A DNA stretch of 64,000 nt, taken from Cellulophaga sp. Lineage in GTDB: Bacteria; Bacteroidota; Bacteroidia; Flavobacteriales; Flavobacteriaceae. Positions 1 to 9,656 of this stretch are shown one piece after another; the first letter of the stretch is position 1; each line of letters starts with the position of its first letter. The notes beneath the pieces were generated by a model. It had not been told where the DNA came from and made no database searches. It saw only the letters and a list, made by a program, of their open reading frames with translations. Both the position numbers and the translations under genes were made by a program. The stretch covers positions 20,617 to 84,616 of the forward strand of contig JANQTG010000143.1 of the NCBI GenBank assembly GCA_030731855.1, written 5' to 3'.

Positions 1-43
1 GAAAAAAAATTTTGGGGTTTTAAATAAAATTTGAGAATATATT

Positions 44-763
44 TTATTGTAATTTGAATGTAATAGGAATACTAAAAGGTACTCTTACTGCTCTACCTCT
101 TTGTTTTCCTGGTGTCATTTTAGGAAGTTTAGCTATAATACGTGCAGCTTCTGCTTCTAAATTTTTATCTGGTCCACGCATTCTAACGCTTCCAATGCTT
201 CCATCTTTCTGAATTACGAAGTTTACATATACCTTACCTTGAACTCCCATTTCTTGAGAAATTTCAGGATATCTAAAGTTTTTATTAATATGTTTAAACA
301 TTTCTGACTGAAAACAATCTCTTAATGCTTTAGCACCTTTACTTTTTTCGCCTTCACAGCCTGGAAAAATAGGCACATCTTCAATAACCGAAAAAGGAAT
401 ATCTAAATCTTCCACAACTTCCGCAACCTCTATATCAGCAACCTCAGCAACTACTTCGTCTTCACTAGACTCTGTATCTTTAATCACAGTCTCAGGAACA
501 TCAGCTTCATCTTCAACAACTTCTATAATTTCAGGAGCTGGTGGTGGTGGTGGTGGTGGTGGTGTTTTAATTTGTTCCGTCATCGGAACTTCTTCATCTA
601 ATAAATCATCAACATTTTGAGAAATGTCGTAATTTACTACATCATCATACTTTTTGTATTCTAAAGCTTGCCAAGTAAGAAACATAACCAAAGCTAAACC
701 TCCAACAAAAAATAGACCGCTATTTCTTGAAATATCTGCTTTTGGATTCTTTTTTAATTCCAT
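44..763 (-). CDS. tonB: Energy transducer TonB
   Basis: N-terminal TM anchor, Pro8 and acidic linker, TonB C-terminal domain (YPEISQEMGVQGKVYVNFVIQKDG...PGKQRGRAVRVPFSIPITF). Confidence 0.93.
   Translation of the reverse strand: MELKKNPKADISRNSGLFFVGGLALVMFLTWQALEYKKYDDVVNYDISQNVDDLLDEEVPMTEQIKTPPPPPPPPAPEIIEVVEDEADVPETVIKDTESSEDEVVAEVADIEVAEVVEDLDIPFSVIEDVPIFPGCEGEKSKGAKALRDCFQSEMFKHINKNFRYPEISQEMGVQGKVYVNFVIQKDGSIGSVRMRGPDKNLEAEAARIIAKLPKMTPGKQRGRAVRVPFSIPITFKLQ
540..563 (-). repeat. (CCA)8 trinucleotide tract encoding the TonB Pro8 linker
   Basis: Plus strand reads (GGT)8 at 540-563. Confidence 0.9.
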
Positions 764-831
764 AATTCAAAAATTTAATGTGAGCTAATTTAAATATTTA
801 TTTATTAATACGAGAATTTTTTTTAAACATT

Positions 832-1221
832 TTATATGATTTGTTTTCTAAACCATAATTTTAGACTTATCCATCCGGTTAAAGCACCTAAACTATTCGC
901 TAAAACATCTAAAAAATCTCCTTGTCTATTTTCTGTAAACCCATATTGTAATACCTCAATAACTATACCATAAAGTACAGAAAACAACATTACATATAAA
1001 GAAGCTTTCTTAAAACTAGTTAAGATTTTAAACTCTTTTACTGCTAAACTTCCCAATATAGTAGCACAAAAATAAAAAGTAAAATGTGCTATTTTATCAA
1101 AATGAGGAATTTTAATACTTTTTGATATAGTCCCAACTTCCTTAAAAGAAAATAAGCTGAGTGATGTAATAAACACCAACCAGCTTATAAATAAAATTGT
1201 AAACCTATATTTTTTAAGCAC
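832..1221 (-). CDS. VanZ-family membrane protein
   Basis: Hydrophobic; [15 protein letters not shown] and [13 protein letters not shown] motifs. GTG start overlaps the gcvH stop by 8 nt. Confidence 0.85.
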   Translation of the reverse strand: MLKKYRFTILFISWLVFITSLSLFSFKEVGTISKSIKIPHFDKIAHFTFYFCATILGSLAVKEFKILTSFKKASLYVMLFSVLYGIVIEVLQYGFTENRQGDFLDVLANSLGALTGWISLKLWFRKQII

Positions 1222-1594
1222 CTACTAATTCTTTGTAATCAGCATCATTTAAAAGAGATTCTATTTCTGAACTATCGCTTATTTTAATTTTGATCATCCA
1301 GCCTTTTCCATAAGGATCGCTATTTACATCTTCAGGACTATCTTCTAAACCATCGTTAAAAGCAATAATTTCGCCTGAAAGTGGTAAAAACAAATCTGAA
1401 ACTGTCTTTACAGCTTCAACAGTACCGAAAACTTCATCTTTAGATAATGTTTCGTCTAAAGTTTCTACTTCTACATAAACAATATCACCCAGTTCGCTTT
1501 GTGCAAAATCTGTAATACCTACTGTAGCAGTATCACCTTCAATTTTAACCCATTCATGATCTTTAGTATATTTTAATTCTGATGGAATATTCAT
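1214..1594 (-). CDS. gcvH: Glycine cleavage system H protein
   Basis: [24 protein letters not shown], lipoyl-Lys motif [18 protein letters not shown]. Confidence 0.98.
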   Translation of the reverse strand: MNIPSELKYTKDHEWVKIEGDTATVGITDFAQSELGDIVYVEVETLDETLSKDEVFGTVEAVKTVSDLFLPLSGEIIAFNDGLEDSPEDVNSDPYGKGWMIKIKISDSSEIESLLNDADYKELVGA

Positions 1595-1624
1595 AATGCT
1601 ATATCTTTCTTTTTATTAATAAAA

Positions 1625-1632
1625 CAAATGTA
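1625..1632 (-). promoter_or_regulatory. Bacteroidota sigma-A -7 element (TACATTTG) upstream of gcvH
   Basis: Matches TAnnTTTG about 30 nt before the start codon. Confidence 0.6.
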
Positions 1633-1762
1633 AAATATTAATATTAGGTATTCAAGTAAAAGTGTGATTTCGATTATTAGATTTTTGGATGCTTAAACGT
1701 TTGATAATTGGAAAACTAAACTAATAAGCCTATTACCTCTTAAACTTAGCAAAAATCAACCC

Positions 1763-4700
1763 TTAATTTCCGAAGTTGTACCGAATAGTAAAGCCCGTAT
1801 TTATTGTGGTTTGTGGAAATGCTGTAGAAACTGCAAATTGAGAGAACGAATGATCATAAAAAAATATGGCATTTATATTTTTATTTAAAGCGTAATCTAC
1901 ATTAAACTTTAGGTTAAATAAATCTTGCCCTGAGGTAATTTGATTGTTGTCTATATCAAGGTTTCTTATATAGGTGATATTATTTCTTAAGGTTCCATCT
2001 AATTTTATATTCAAATCGCCTTTTAAACGTGTTTTTTGTCCTCCGATATTGGTAACCATTTGCACGTCTTTAAAACGATATCCAAGGCCTAATGTAAAAT
2101 CTTTTCCGTTAATTTCGGTCAGTAAACTATTATCAAAACTTAAAGATAAGGTTCTATTTGTACGCACTTCTGCTACAACGCTCATAGAATTTTTCATTTC
2201 AAGATCTATCTTTACCAACGGATTAAACTCATCCGTAAGCACCACATTGCTAATAATATTATCTGGCAATAAGTCTAAAGTTTCCGCATTTACAGCAGGC
2301 AACCCTTCGCTTATTAACTGTACTTTCTCTAAATTGGTCTGAAAAGAGTTGATGCTATATGCCGCCCTATACCCATGGTTGATAGAGAAACGTTTAAACT
2401 TACTTTTAAACCATTTAAAATTCATTAAGCCGGTATATTTCAACGTCCAGTTAGGAATAGGAATATCTCTAAAAGCATCTAAATTTACACGATCTACATC
2501 TTGACCTGTATACGCCGCAAAAAATGCAGGTAATAAAACTTCTTGACTAGTTTTACCATACAATTCTGGAAAACCATCAACTTCCGGAGATGTTTGTCCT
2601 CGGTCTGAGAGTAATCTATTGGCAATAGTAATTCTATTTTGTTTAAAAGTTTCGAAAGCTTCGGAGGTAAATTCATCGCTTTTGCTAAATACAGATCCTA
2701 ACATTATAGTTGAGACACTAAAATTACCAAAATCGTTTCCTAATAAATTATTATACAAATAATCATTTGGTGCAATTTCGTCTATTCTAAAACTTTCTTC
2801 GTAACTGCTTTGAAACTGCCTATCAGCAGTTATGTCAATTGTTAAATCTTTTAAAGGTTGTGCCGTTGCCGTAATATTTAAACGCGTGTTTACATTCTGC
2901 ACAAACTGTTGGTTGAATTCAGAAAAAGTGGTTAGCCACCCATTTCTTGCAGCTTCAAAGCGTATATCAGACTGCTGACTTCCAAATACAAAACCTAATG
3001 ACGGCCTTGTACTACCTAAAAAACCTATAGATTGCGTATATCCTGGCAAAGCAGTTCCGCTGGTTTGCTCGTAAGCTACATTTAAGCGTTTCACCATGGT
3101 AACTACATCTACAAAGGTGTTAAAAAGTGGACTAGTTTTATTTGTACTTTCTTTTTTATCTGTTGTTTTTGAACTGACCGCTAAGGCCTTTGCGTTGCCT
3201 TTTACTTTTTTAAGCCCGACCAAATCATACAATTTCTGCATGTTCATGTTAGTAGAAAACTCGTGCCTATGCGAATTCTGAACTGTATTGATTGTCTCCC
3301 CTGCTACTTCAATTAAAGCATCACCGCCACGTTGCCAATCAAAATTACTGGTATAACTGTATTGGCCAGTAATAAAACTTAATGCTGGAACTAATTTGAA
3401 AGGCAAATCGTAATTTAATTGTAATTGTTGTGCGTGTCTGTTAGGCTCTCCAATATCCCAAAAACCATCCCAAATATCTAATTCTTGATTTATTAAAGAA
3501 GATGCGTTGTCGTCTTGGTTAAAATAATTACGAACAATATTATTGTTTGATGCTTGTATATTTAAGCGTAATGATTTTGTTAAAGTATAATTTAAAGCAT
3601 ACTGCCAATTAAACAAATAATTGCGTTGTTGTAACAATGGCAAATCTAAGGCGTCTACCCCAGGTTCTAAAACATCTCTAAATTGTTGTTGGTTAAAGTT
3701 TCTGTTAAGATTGGAGTTTACAGTAACGGTAGAGGGTAATAAATTAAAATTTAATTCTTTTAACCATTTCCAATATGCACCCGTAAACAGTGAATCTTTT
3801 TTGGCAAAAGGTGCTACTGTAACAGGTTTAAAACTATGATTGTATACAAAACCTGTGGTTACATTTTGCTCCTCTAAATTAGCTATTTCAAAATCGCGAT
3901 GATTGGTTTCGTTATAGGAATAATTAAAAGTGAAATTTTCTATATCGTAAAAATTTTCTTCCGCTTCTTCGCCTCTATTTTTACGAACACCTATTAAATT
4001 GATACTCGTACGCTTGGTATAATCTTGGGCTTGTTCTAAGACCTGATCTTTATTTTCTTGCGTTGTTGCAGCATCAATACGGTCTTGTAATTTTAAATCG
4101 TCATAAACAGGATCAAACTCTGGGGTGATCATTTGCTCCGATACACCATAATTAAAAGGTAATTGAATTCCCCATTTTTTTGGTAATAATTGTCCGACAT
4201 TTAAATTAGTCACCACATCATATGAGACCGCATCTTGTCTCGCTCTTTCATTAGGCATTTGATCAACTGCTCCAAAACCAGAAGTACTTTTGCTGCCTGT
4301 TGCAGAAAAATCTGCAAAATCTGCCACATTTAAATCCACTGCTGCAATGCTCGCCCAGCCGCCGTTATTATCTAAGCCTGCCAAGCGCAGCTCGTTAAAC
4401 CAAACCTCTCCTCTTGCAAATTGGGAACTTTGGTTTTTTACACCTACCATCATACTTCTTAAAGTTCCTAAAGACGGATTCCCTTTTATACCAATTCTTG
4501 TTACTCCTAAAGTTCTAGGCGCAAATTCTGCCACGGGAACAACATCACTACCAATAATATCATAATACGTTATATCTGTTAAAGTTTGGTTAGCTATTCC
4601 CAAAGATTTTACCTTACTTAAATCAGACAAGTTAATAGCTAATTCATTTAATTCAGGCCAGATATCTTCAGCTTGAGTTGCACCAAAATCGGTAAACGAT

Positions 4701-7700
4701 AACGGAATTTCTATTTGATAAAAATTTTGAGAAAAATCTGTTCCCAATCTTAAAAAACCAACTAAAGGTATCTCACCGTCTAAATAATCAGAATCTACAA
4801 TCTCTTCTGCATGAATAAACATTCGTAATTTTTTATATTGACGAACATCTATGTTTATATTTTTAAAAACTCCTCTTGAATCTAGTGGTTCTAAATTTTC
4901 AACCGCAAAAGATAATGATTGCTCATTTTGACGAATTAATGTATTGTTATTATTTAGCTGTTCACGAATAACCCCTGGAGGCAATACATAAGGAATAGGT
5001 TCTCTTCTTTCGTTTTCAGTAATATTTACGGTGTTTACATCTACCAAAGTAATGTCATCAGCAGCATTATCATCTACGCCTGGTTGCAAAGATTTTACAT
5101 AGGTTCTCCAATCGCCACGGACTAAATCTAGGGTCGCAAAACGTAATGAAACATCGCTAGAAAAACCTGTTAAGTACATTCTTAAAAAACTAATAGATCT
5201 AAAGTCGGTGATACCACCAACAGCACTTGTAAAATTACTTAACGGAATTTTATACTGTATCCAACGGCTACGAACTTCAGAGCCATCAGGAATTTGTTGT
5301 TGCCCAGTAAGTAAATTTTCTCTTATGTCGGTTACATAGCGATCATTAATAGTAGTATTTGGTTTAATAGCAATACGGTATTCGTAGTAACTATTAATGG
5401 TATTCATGGTTAAGTCGCGGTCAACATCTTCAACATCTGGTAATGTATTTGACCCTCTATTGGTATTGGTTACCTCAACAGGTGAATTCCCTTGGGGATT
5501 ATTAAAATCATAATAACGCTCTAAAATACTGCCTTCTCTGTTTAAATAATATTGATAGTTGTCTAAAGCAGGATCCGGACCTGAATTATTAGTATACACT
5601 GATGCCTCATCCGTATCATTTAAACCATCAAAACCAATATCTTGTAAGGCTCTGTTGGTTTCATTAACATCAAAGGCGTAGACTAAAGACTGTGTTGCGG
5701 GTACTTTTCCCCATGATGTTGGTGCTACCAAATCGTTACTTTGCAACCCTGGTAATCCGTTTTCATATTGCTTACGACCATCTTTTAAAATGTCTTCTGA
5801 AATATTTCCTAAGTTAAAAACCAATTCTCCTGAACTTGTTGCAACACCGTCCACATATGGATCAAGAACCCAAAACTGAACAAACTCTACGTTCGATTGT
5901 TCAAAGTTAGTACTGCTTAAAGAACGCATCATTCCACCCCATTTTTGATTGGGTTGCTCTGTTGCAAAATCAGGATTGTTGTTGTAAGGCCCTTTAGCAT
6001 TTGGATAATACACCAAGTCTAATGTTGTTTGAACTCGTGATTGCCCTATGGCCTGATCCGTCTCAGGAAAAACTTCATCAATAAAAACTCGTCTTGTTTG
6101 GTTGGTTGAAATATCACTTTCTGAAATTCCTTCTGGCCGTTGCCTTTGAGCGTAAAAAATAGGATCAACTGAATACCAAGACATTTTGGCGCGTCCGTAT
6201 CCATTTTCTAAATTTGTAGGATCATCAGGAGAACTTCCTAACAATTGTCCGCCTGGCGCAAACTCTAAAGGGGTACTTGCTAAAGACCATCCTAAAGAAG
6301 ATCGAATATCAATTAATGATTGTGCGCCTTCAAAATCATCTAAATAGGTGGTTGACTCACCATTAAAATCATCATTTTTTGGAGTTCCAGGACTCAAAAA
6401 AGCAACCTCACCACGCACTGACAAATTAGAAGGAACATCAGTATCAATATTGGGTAATTTATTCACTAATCGGGTTAAAAAAGGAACTTCAGTTGAAAAA
6501 TTTCCATTTAAACCAAAAATTGTATTATTTACAGGTTCTAAGCCGTAATTAGCTTTTTGAGTCTGTGGTCGTTCATTTAAGTTGATAAGGGTACCCCCTA
6601 ACATAAAATTTTTATTAATTTGATGTTCTACATTGATACCGGTATATCGCCTTGCTTGTTGCCCAAAAACTGCCGTATTTTCTACAGAAATATTTATGGG
6701 AGTATTTGATGCTTGCAAAGAAGGGTCTGTTATTTGAACCGTACCTGCTATATAATTTACCGTATAATCTATACCTTCTTGCAGTTGACGACCTCCAGCA
6801 GTAACCCGCACAGAACCTCTAGGAACGTTAAAAGCCCCTATAGGAATACCATTATTGCCTTCGGATTTATAGCGTCCTTTTAAGAAAAATTTATTTTTAT
6901 CAGCATCTTCTAAAGCAGCAGCTTTTGTTAAAGCATACATACTTCTATAAACGTATTTTCGTTGATTTTCATTATACCCCTGATCATTAGCAACATCGTA
7001 AACTCCACCCCCTAAAGTCTCAAAAAGAAATTCTCCGAAAGGCTCTACTTTGGTGAAAATTATACGACCACTCTGCGTATCAACAGTTACCCCTGGTACA
7101 AAATCGAAAAAACCATCACCGCCAGGCTGCGCATCGTTATAAAAATTTAAACGATCTAAATTAAATACATCTAATAAAATACGTTCTTCTAAATTAGCTG
7201 GCCAACCATTATCATTAACCTTTGTTAAGTAGTTTCTTGGTGTAGGATCTGAATATAAAACATTCAATTTAAAATCTTCTTGGCTTAATCTAAAAGCGCC
7301 TGTTGTATAAATGTTTTTCATCATTAAATCCCAAATAGGATCAGCAACATTTGTGATGTTACTTTTTAATAATTTCAGTACTAAAGTGTTATTATTCACT
7401 ACCGGATTTACGCCTCCTGTAACCGTTGTAGCATCTACACCACCATTAGCAAATTCTCCCACTTGGTATACTTGCCCTTGATACGTGTATTGATAGGCAA
7501 CTGCTAGAACCTCATCATTACTTAAACGTTGATTTAAAGAAATGTACCCTAACTGTTGATCTAGCTGAAAATCTCTTACTTCTTCTAATTTTCGAGCATT
7601 TTCTAAAATAGCATAGTCAAATCCTTGATTTATTTGATATCCAGGCACATTAAAACCAGCTTCAACCGTTGCAATATCTCTAATTTGTGGGGTTAAAGCA

Positions 7701-8911
7701 CCGCCGCCTTCAATTAATTTGGGATCAAAATCGTTGGCTCCGTTTCTAGGCAAATCTCCTGCACTTGATATATTAAAAAACCCAGACGGATTTCCATTAT
7801 TACGACCAATGCGCGTTTTCTCTGATTGGGCTTCTCCCAAATCTTGGATCGCAACTACATTACGAACGTTTAATACTTGTTGGTTTCTATTAGTTACCCA
7901 AACCTCTATACGCGTAATTTGAACTAGTGTATTTTTATAAGGATATCTTTCTAGAGCTTGATCGTAAGTATCTCTAAAAAATTGTGATAAGAAAAAATGC
8001 TTGTCTTCTTCATAATCTAAAGAAGTTATAGAGAATTCATTTATGGTACCCCCACCTTGTGCTACTACCGTATTATTTTGAGATTGCTGATCTGAAAAAA
8101 CAGTTGTTATTCTTGTTTTTCCAAACTGCAATTGTGTTTTTACACCAAAAAGACTTTGAGCCCCTTGTATTAAAGAACTATTTAAGGGCATATTAACGTT
8201 ACCAACTTCAATTTTTTGTAATATATCGTCTTCTGTTGGAGTGTAATCTAATTTTACAATATTCTGAAAATCAAAGGTAGCTTCGGTATCGTAATTGGCA
8301 TTTACTTGTAAGCGCTCTCCTATTTTTCCTAACATACTCAACCGAATTTGCTGATCAAAATCAAAAGCTGTATTGGTTCTTTGTCTTGGAGAAAGTGATG
8401 GGTTATCGTTCTTTTGCCAAAGTACTCCTAAGTCCATCGCAATAGATCCTTGAGGAATAACTTCAATAGTATTACCGCCGAAAACAGATTCGAAAAAATT
8501 ATTATTTACGTAAAAATTAGGAAGTAGATTTTTTCTAGCTTCTTCACTACCTTCTTTTTTACCTGAATACGCATCGATCTTATCTTTAAAATAAGAAGTC
8601 ATATTCTCTTTACGAGCTAAGGCCTGGTATTCTTTTGGAGTTAGTATAATTGGATAACTAATATCAAATTCTCCAACAGACTGTGAGTAAATATAACGGT
8701 CTAACTGAGGGTCGTAGGTATATTTGGAAGTAATACTTGCCGGATTTTTTAATTTAAGTTTTCCTAAAGCAAACCCTTTTTGCACCGTATCATTTTCTTG
8801 TTCGGTTGTTTCTTGCGCATTAGTTATCTGCGAAACACCAAAGAAAACAATACATACAAGTAGTAGCTTAAATCTAAAAGATTTAAGTAATAATTTTGCC
8901 CTTTTTTTCAA
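1763..8911 (-). CDS. sprA: Type IX secretion system outer-membrane translocon SprA (Sov)
   Basis: 2382 aa with signal peptide, repeated SprA-type motifs (WIQYKIPL, FYQIEIPL, GEVWFNELRL), C-terminal FTIRYNFGN, and ruvA-sprA-gcvH context. TTG start 5 nt after the ruvA stop. Confidence 0.96.
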   Translation of the reverse strand: MKKRAKLLLKSFRFKLLLVCIVFFGVSQITNAQETTEQENDTVQKGFALGKLKLKNPASITSKYTYDPQLDRYIYSQSVGEFDISYPIILTPKEYQALARKENMTSYFKDKIDAYSGKKEGSEEARKNLLPNFYVNNNFFESVFGGNTIEVIPQGSIAMDLGVLWQKNDNPSLSPRQRTNTAFDFDQQIRLSMLGKIGERLQVNANYDTEATFDFQNIVKLDYTPTEDDILQKIEVGNVNMPLNSSLIQGAQSLFGVKTQLQFGKTRITTVFSDQQSQNNTVVAQGGGTINEFSITSLDYEEDKHFFLSQFFRDTYDQALERYPYKNTLVQITRIEVWVTNRNQQVLNVRNVVAIQDLGEAQSEKTRIGRNNGNPSGFFNISSAGDLPRNGANDFDPKLIEGGGALTPQIRDIATVEAGFNVPGYQINQGFDYAILENARKLEEVRDFQLDQQLGYISLNQRLSNDEVLAVAYQYTYQGQVYQVGEFANGGVDATTVTGGVNPVVNNNTLVLKLLKSNITNVADPIWDLMMKNIYTTGAFRLSQEDFKLNVLYSDPTPRNYLTKVNDNGWPANLEERILLDVFNLDRLNFYNDAQPGGDGFFDFVPGVTVDTQSGRIIFTKVEPFGEFLFETLGGGVYDVANDQGYNENQRKYVYRSMYALTKAAALEDADKNKFFLKGRYKSEGNNGIPIGAFNVPRGSVRVTAGGRQLQEGIDYTVNYIAGTVQITDPSLQASNTPINISVENTAVFGQQARRYTGINVEHQINKNFMLGGTLINLNERPQTQKANYGLEPVNNTIFGLNGNFSTEVPFLTRLVNKLPNIDTDVPSNLSVRGEVAFLSPGTPKNDDFNGESTTYLDDFEGAQSLIDIRSSLGWSLASTPLEFAPGGQLLGSSPDDPTNLENGYGRAKMSWYSVDPIFYAQRQRPEGISESDISTNQTRRVFIDEVFPETDQAIGQSRVQTTLDLVYYPNAKGPYNNNPDFATEQPNQKWGGMMRSLSSTNFEQSNVEFVQFWVLDPYVDGVATSSGELVFNLGNISEDILKDGRKQYENGLPGLQSNDLVAPTSWGKVPATQSLVYAFDVNETNRALQDIGFDGLNDTDEASVYTNNSGPDPALDNYQYYLNREGSILERYYDFNNPQGNSPVEVTNTNRGSNTLPDVEDVDRDLTMNTINSYYEYRIAIKPNTTINDRYVTDIRENLLTGQQQIPDGSEVRSRWIQYKIPLSNFTSAVGGITDFRSISFLRMYLTGFSSDVSLRFATLDLVRGDWRTYVKSLQPGVDDNAADDITLVDVNTVNITENERREPIPYVLPPGVIREQLNNNNTLIRQNEQSLSFAVENLEPLDSRGVFKNINIDVRQYKKLRMFIHAEEIVDSDYLDGEIPLVGFLRLGTDFSQNFYQIEIPLSFTDFGATQAEDIWPELNELAINLSDLSKVKSLGIANQTLTDITYYDIIGSDVVPVAEFAPRTLGVTRIGIKGNPSLGTLRSMMVGVKNQSSQFARGEVWFNELRLAGLDNNGGWASIAAVDLNVADFADFSATGSKSTSGFGAVDQMPNERARQDAVSYDVVTNLNVGQLLPKKWGIQLPFNYGVSEQMITPEFDPVYDDLKLQDRIDAATTQENKDQVLEQAQDYTKRTSINLIGVRKNRGEEAEENFYDIENFTFNYSYNETNHRDFEIANLEEQNVTTGFVYNHSFKPVTVAPFAKKDSLFTGAYWKWLKELNFNLLPSTVTVNSNLNRNFNQQQFRDVLEPGVDALDLPLLQQRNYLFNWQYALNYTLTKSLRLNIQASNNNIVRNYFNQDDNASSLINQELDIWDGFWDIGEPNRHAQQLQLNYDLPFKLVPALSFITGQYSYTSNFDWQRGGDALIEVAGETINTVQNSHRHEFSTNMNMQKLYDLVGLKKVKGNAKALAVSSKTTDKKESTNKTSPLFNTFVDVVTMVKRLNVAYEQTSGTALPGYTQSIGFLGSTRPSLGFVFGSQQSDIRFEAARNGWLTTFSEFNQQFVQNVNTRLNITATAQPLKDLTIDITADRQFQSSYEESFRIDEIAPNDYLYNNLLGNDFGNFSVSTIMLGSVFSKSDEFTSEAFETFKQNRITIANRLLSDRGQTSPEVDGFPELYGKTSQEVLLPAFFAAYTGQDVDRVNLDAFRDIPIPNWTLKYTGLMNFKWFKSKFKRFSINHGYRAAYSINSFQTNLEKVQLISEGLPAVNAETLDLLPDNIISNVVLTDEFNPLVKIDLEMKNSMSVVAEVRTNRTLSLSFDNSLLTEINGKDFTLGLGYRFKDVQMVTNIGGQKTRLKGDLNIKLDGTLRNNITYIRNLDIDNNQITSGQDLFNLKFNVDYALNKNINAIFFYDHSFSQFAVSTAFPQTTINTGFTIRYNFGN

Positions 8912-8916
8912 ACTTC

Positions 8917-9498
8917 TTACAAATTTTTCAATGAAAGCTTTATAATATCTTCCACGCTTAATGAAGCATCTTGACTTACGATTTTATCCACAATCCTTTC
9001 TGATTGTTTACGCATAAAACCAAGAACTTCTAAAGCAGATAACGCTTCATCTTTATTTGTATTGTTTAAAGTGGCTGAAACTTCGTCAATATCGTATATT
9101 TTTAAAACTTTGTCTTTTAAATCTAAAATTACACGCTGTGCAGTTTTTGCTCCAATTCCTTTTACGGACTGTATAGAGGCTACATTACTTGTAGCTATAG
9201 CGTCTCTAATTTGCATGGGTTCCATAGAGGAAAGCATGGTTCTAGCAATACTCGCGCCTATACCTGAGACAGATATTAAAAGTCTAAAAATATCACGTTC
9301 CGATTTTTCATAAAAACCGAATAAAGTATGAGAGTCTTCTTTTACTTGAAGATGAGTAAAAATGGAAATATTTTCAACATCTAAAATTTTAGAAAATGTG
9401 TGTAAAGAGATGTTTACAAAATAACCTACTCCTCCACACTCTACTACTATGTGTGTAGGATTTTTCTCTACTAATTTTCCTTTTAGATGATTGATCAT
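8917..9498 (-). CDS. ruvA: Holliday junction branch migration protein RuvA
   Basis: GGVGY, EDSHTLFGF, LISVSGIG, VKGIGAKTAQRVILDLKDK, C-terminal ALSALEVLGF. Confidence 0.98.
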   Translation of the reverse strand: MINHLKGKLVEKNPTHIVVECGGVGYFVNISLHTFSKILDVENISIFTHLQVKEDSHTLFGFYEKSERDIFRLLISVSGIGASIARTMLSSMEPMQIRDAIATSNVASIQSVKGIGAKTAQRVILDLKDKVLKIYDIDEVSATLNNTNKDEALSALEVLGFMRKQSERIVDKIVSQDASLSVEDIIKLSLKNL

Positions 9499-9511
9499 GG
9501 TTTAGTTGTTC

Positions 9512-9656
9512 GTTTATAGTTTCTGGTTTCAAGTTTAAGGTTTAAGGTTTAAGGTTTAAAAAAACAACTTAAAACTTAACATTAAAAAGTAAAAACTTTA
9601 CTTCGTATTCCTGATTTCTTACTTCGTACTTTAAAAAATTTAAAACTAAAAACTAC
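9512..9656. repeat. Period-7 intergenic repeat tract; polarity flips midway
   Basis: Seven GTTTnnn units at 9512-9560 (GTTTAAG x3 exact), then AACTTAA x2, CTTCGTA x2 and AAACTA(A/C) x2 on a second 7-nt register from 9566. Confidence 0.8.

Noticed and set aside
540-563. (CCA)8 tract as a phase-variation switch
   Set aside because: Triplet slippage keeps the frame, and Pro runs are normal in TonB linkers.
1595-1762. Glycine riboswitch or heptamer tract upstream of gcvH
   Set aside because: No aptamer-like GC stems, and GAT spacing is 6-8 nt rather than a fixed period.
1974-8945. Several 60-120 aa ORFs inside sprA
   Set aside because: Antisense or alternate-frame shadows of a strongly supported gene, with no motifs.
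9512-9656. Repeat tract as a CRISPR array
   Set aside because: Units are 7 nt with no spacers and no cas genes.
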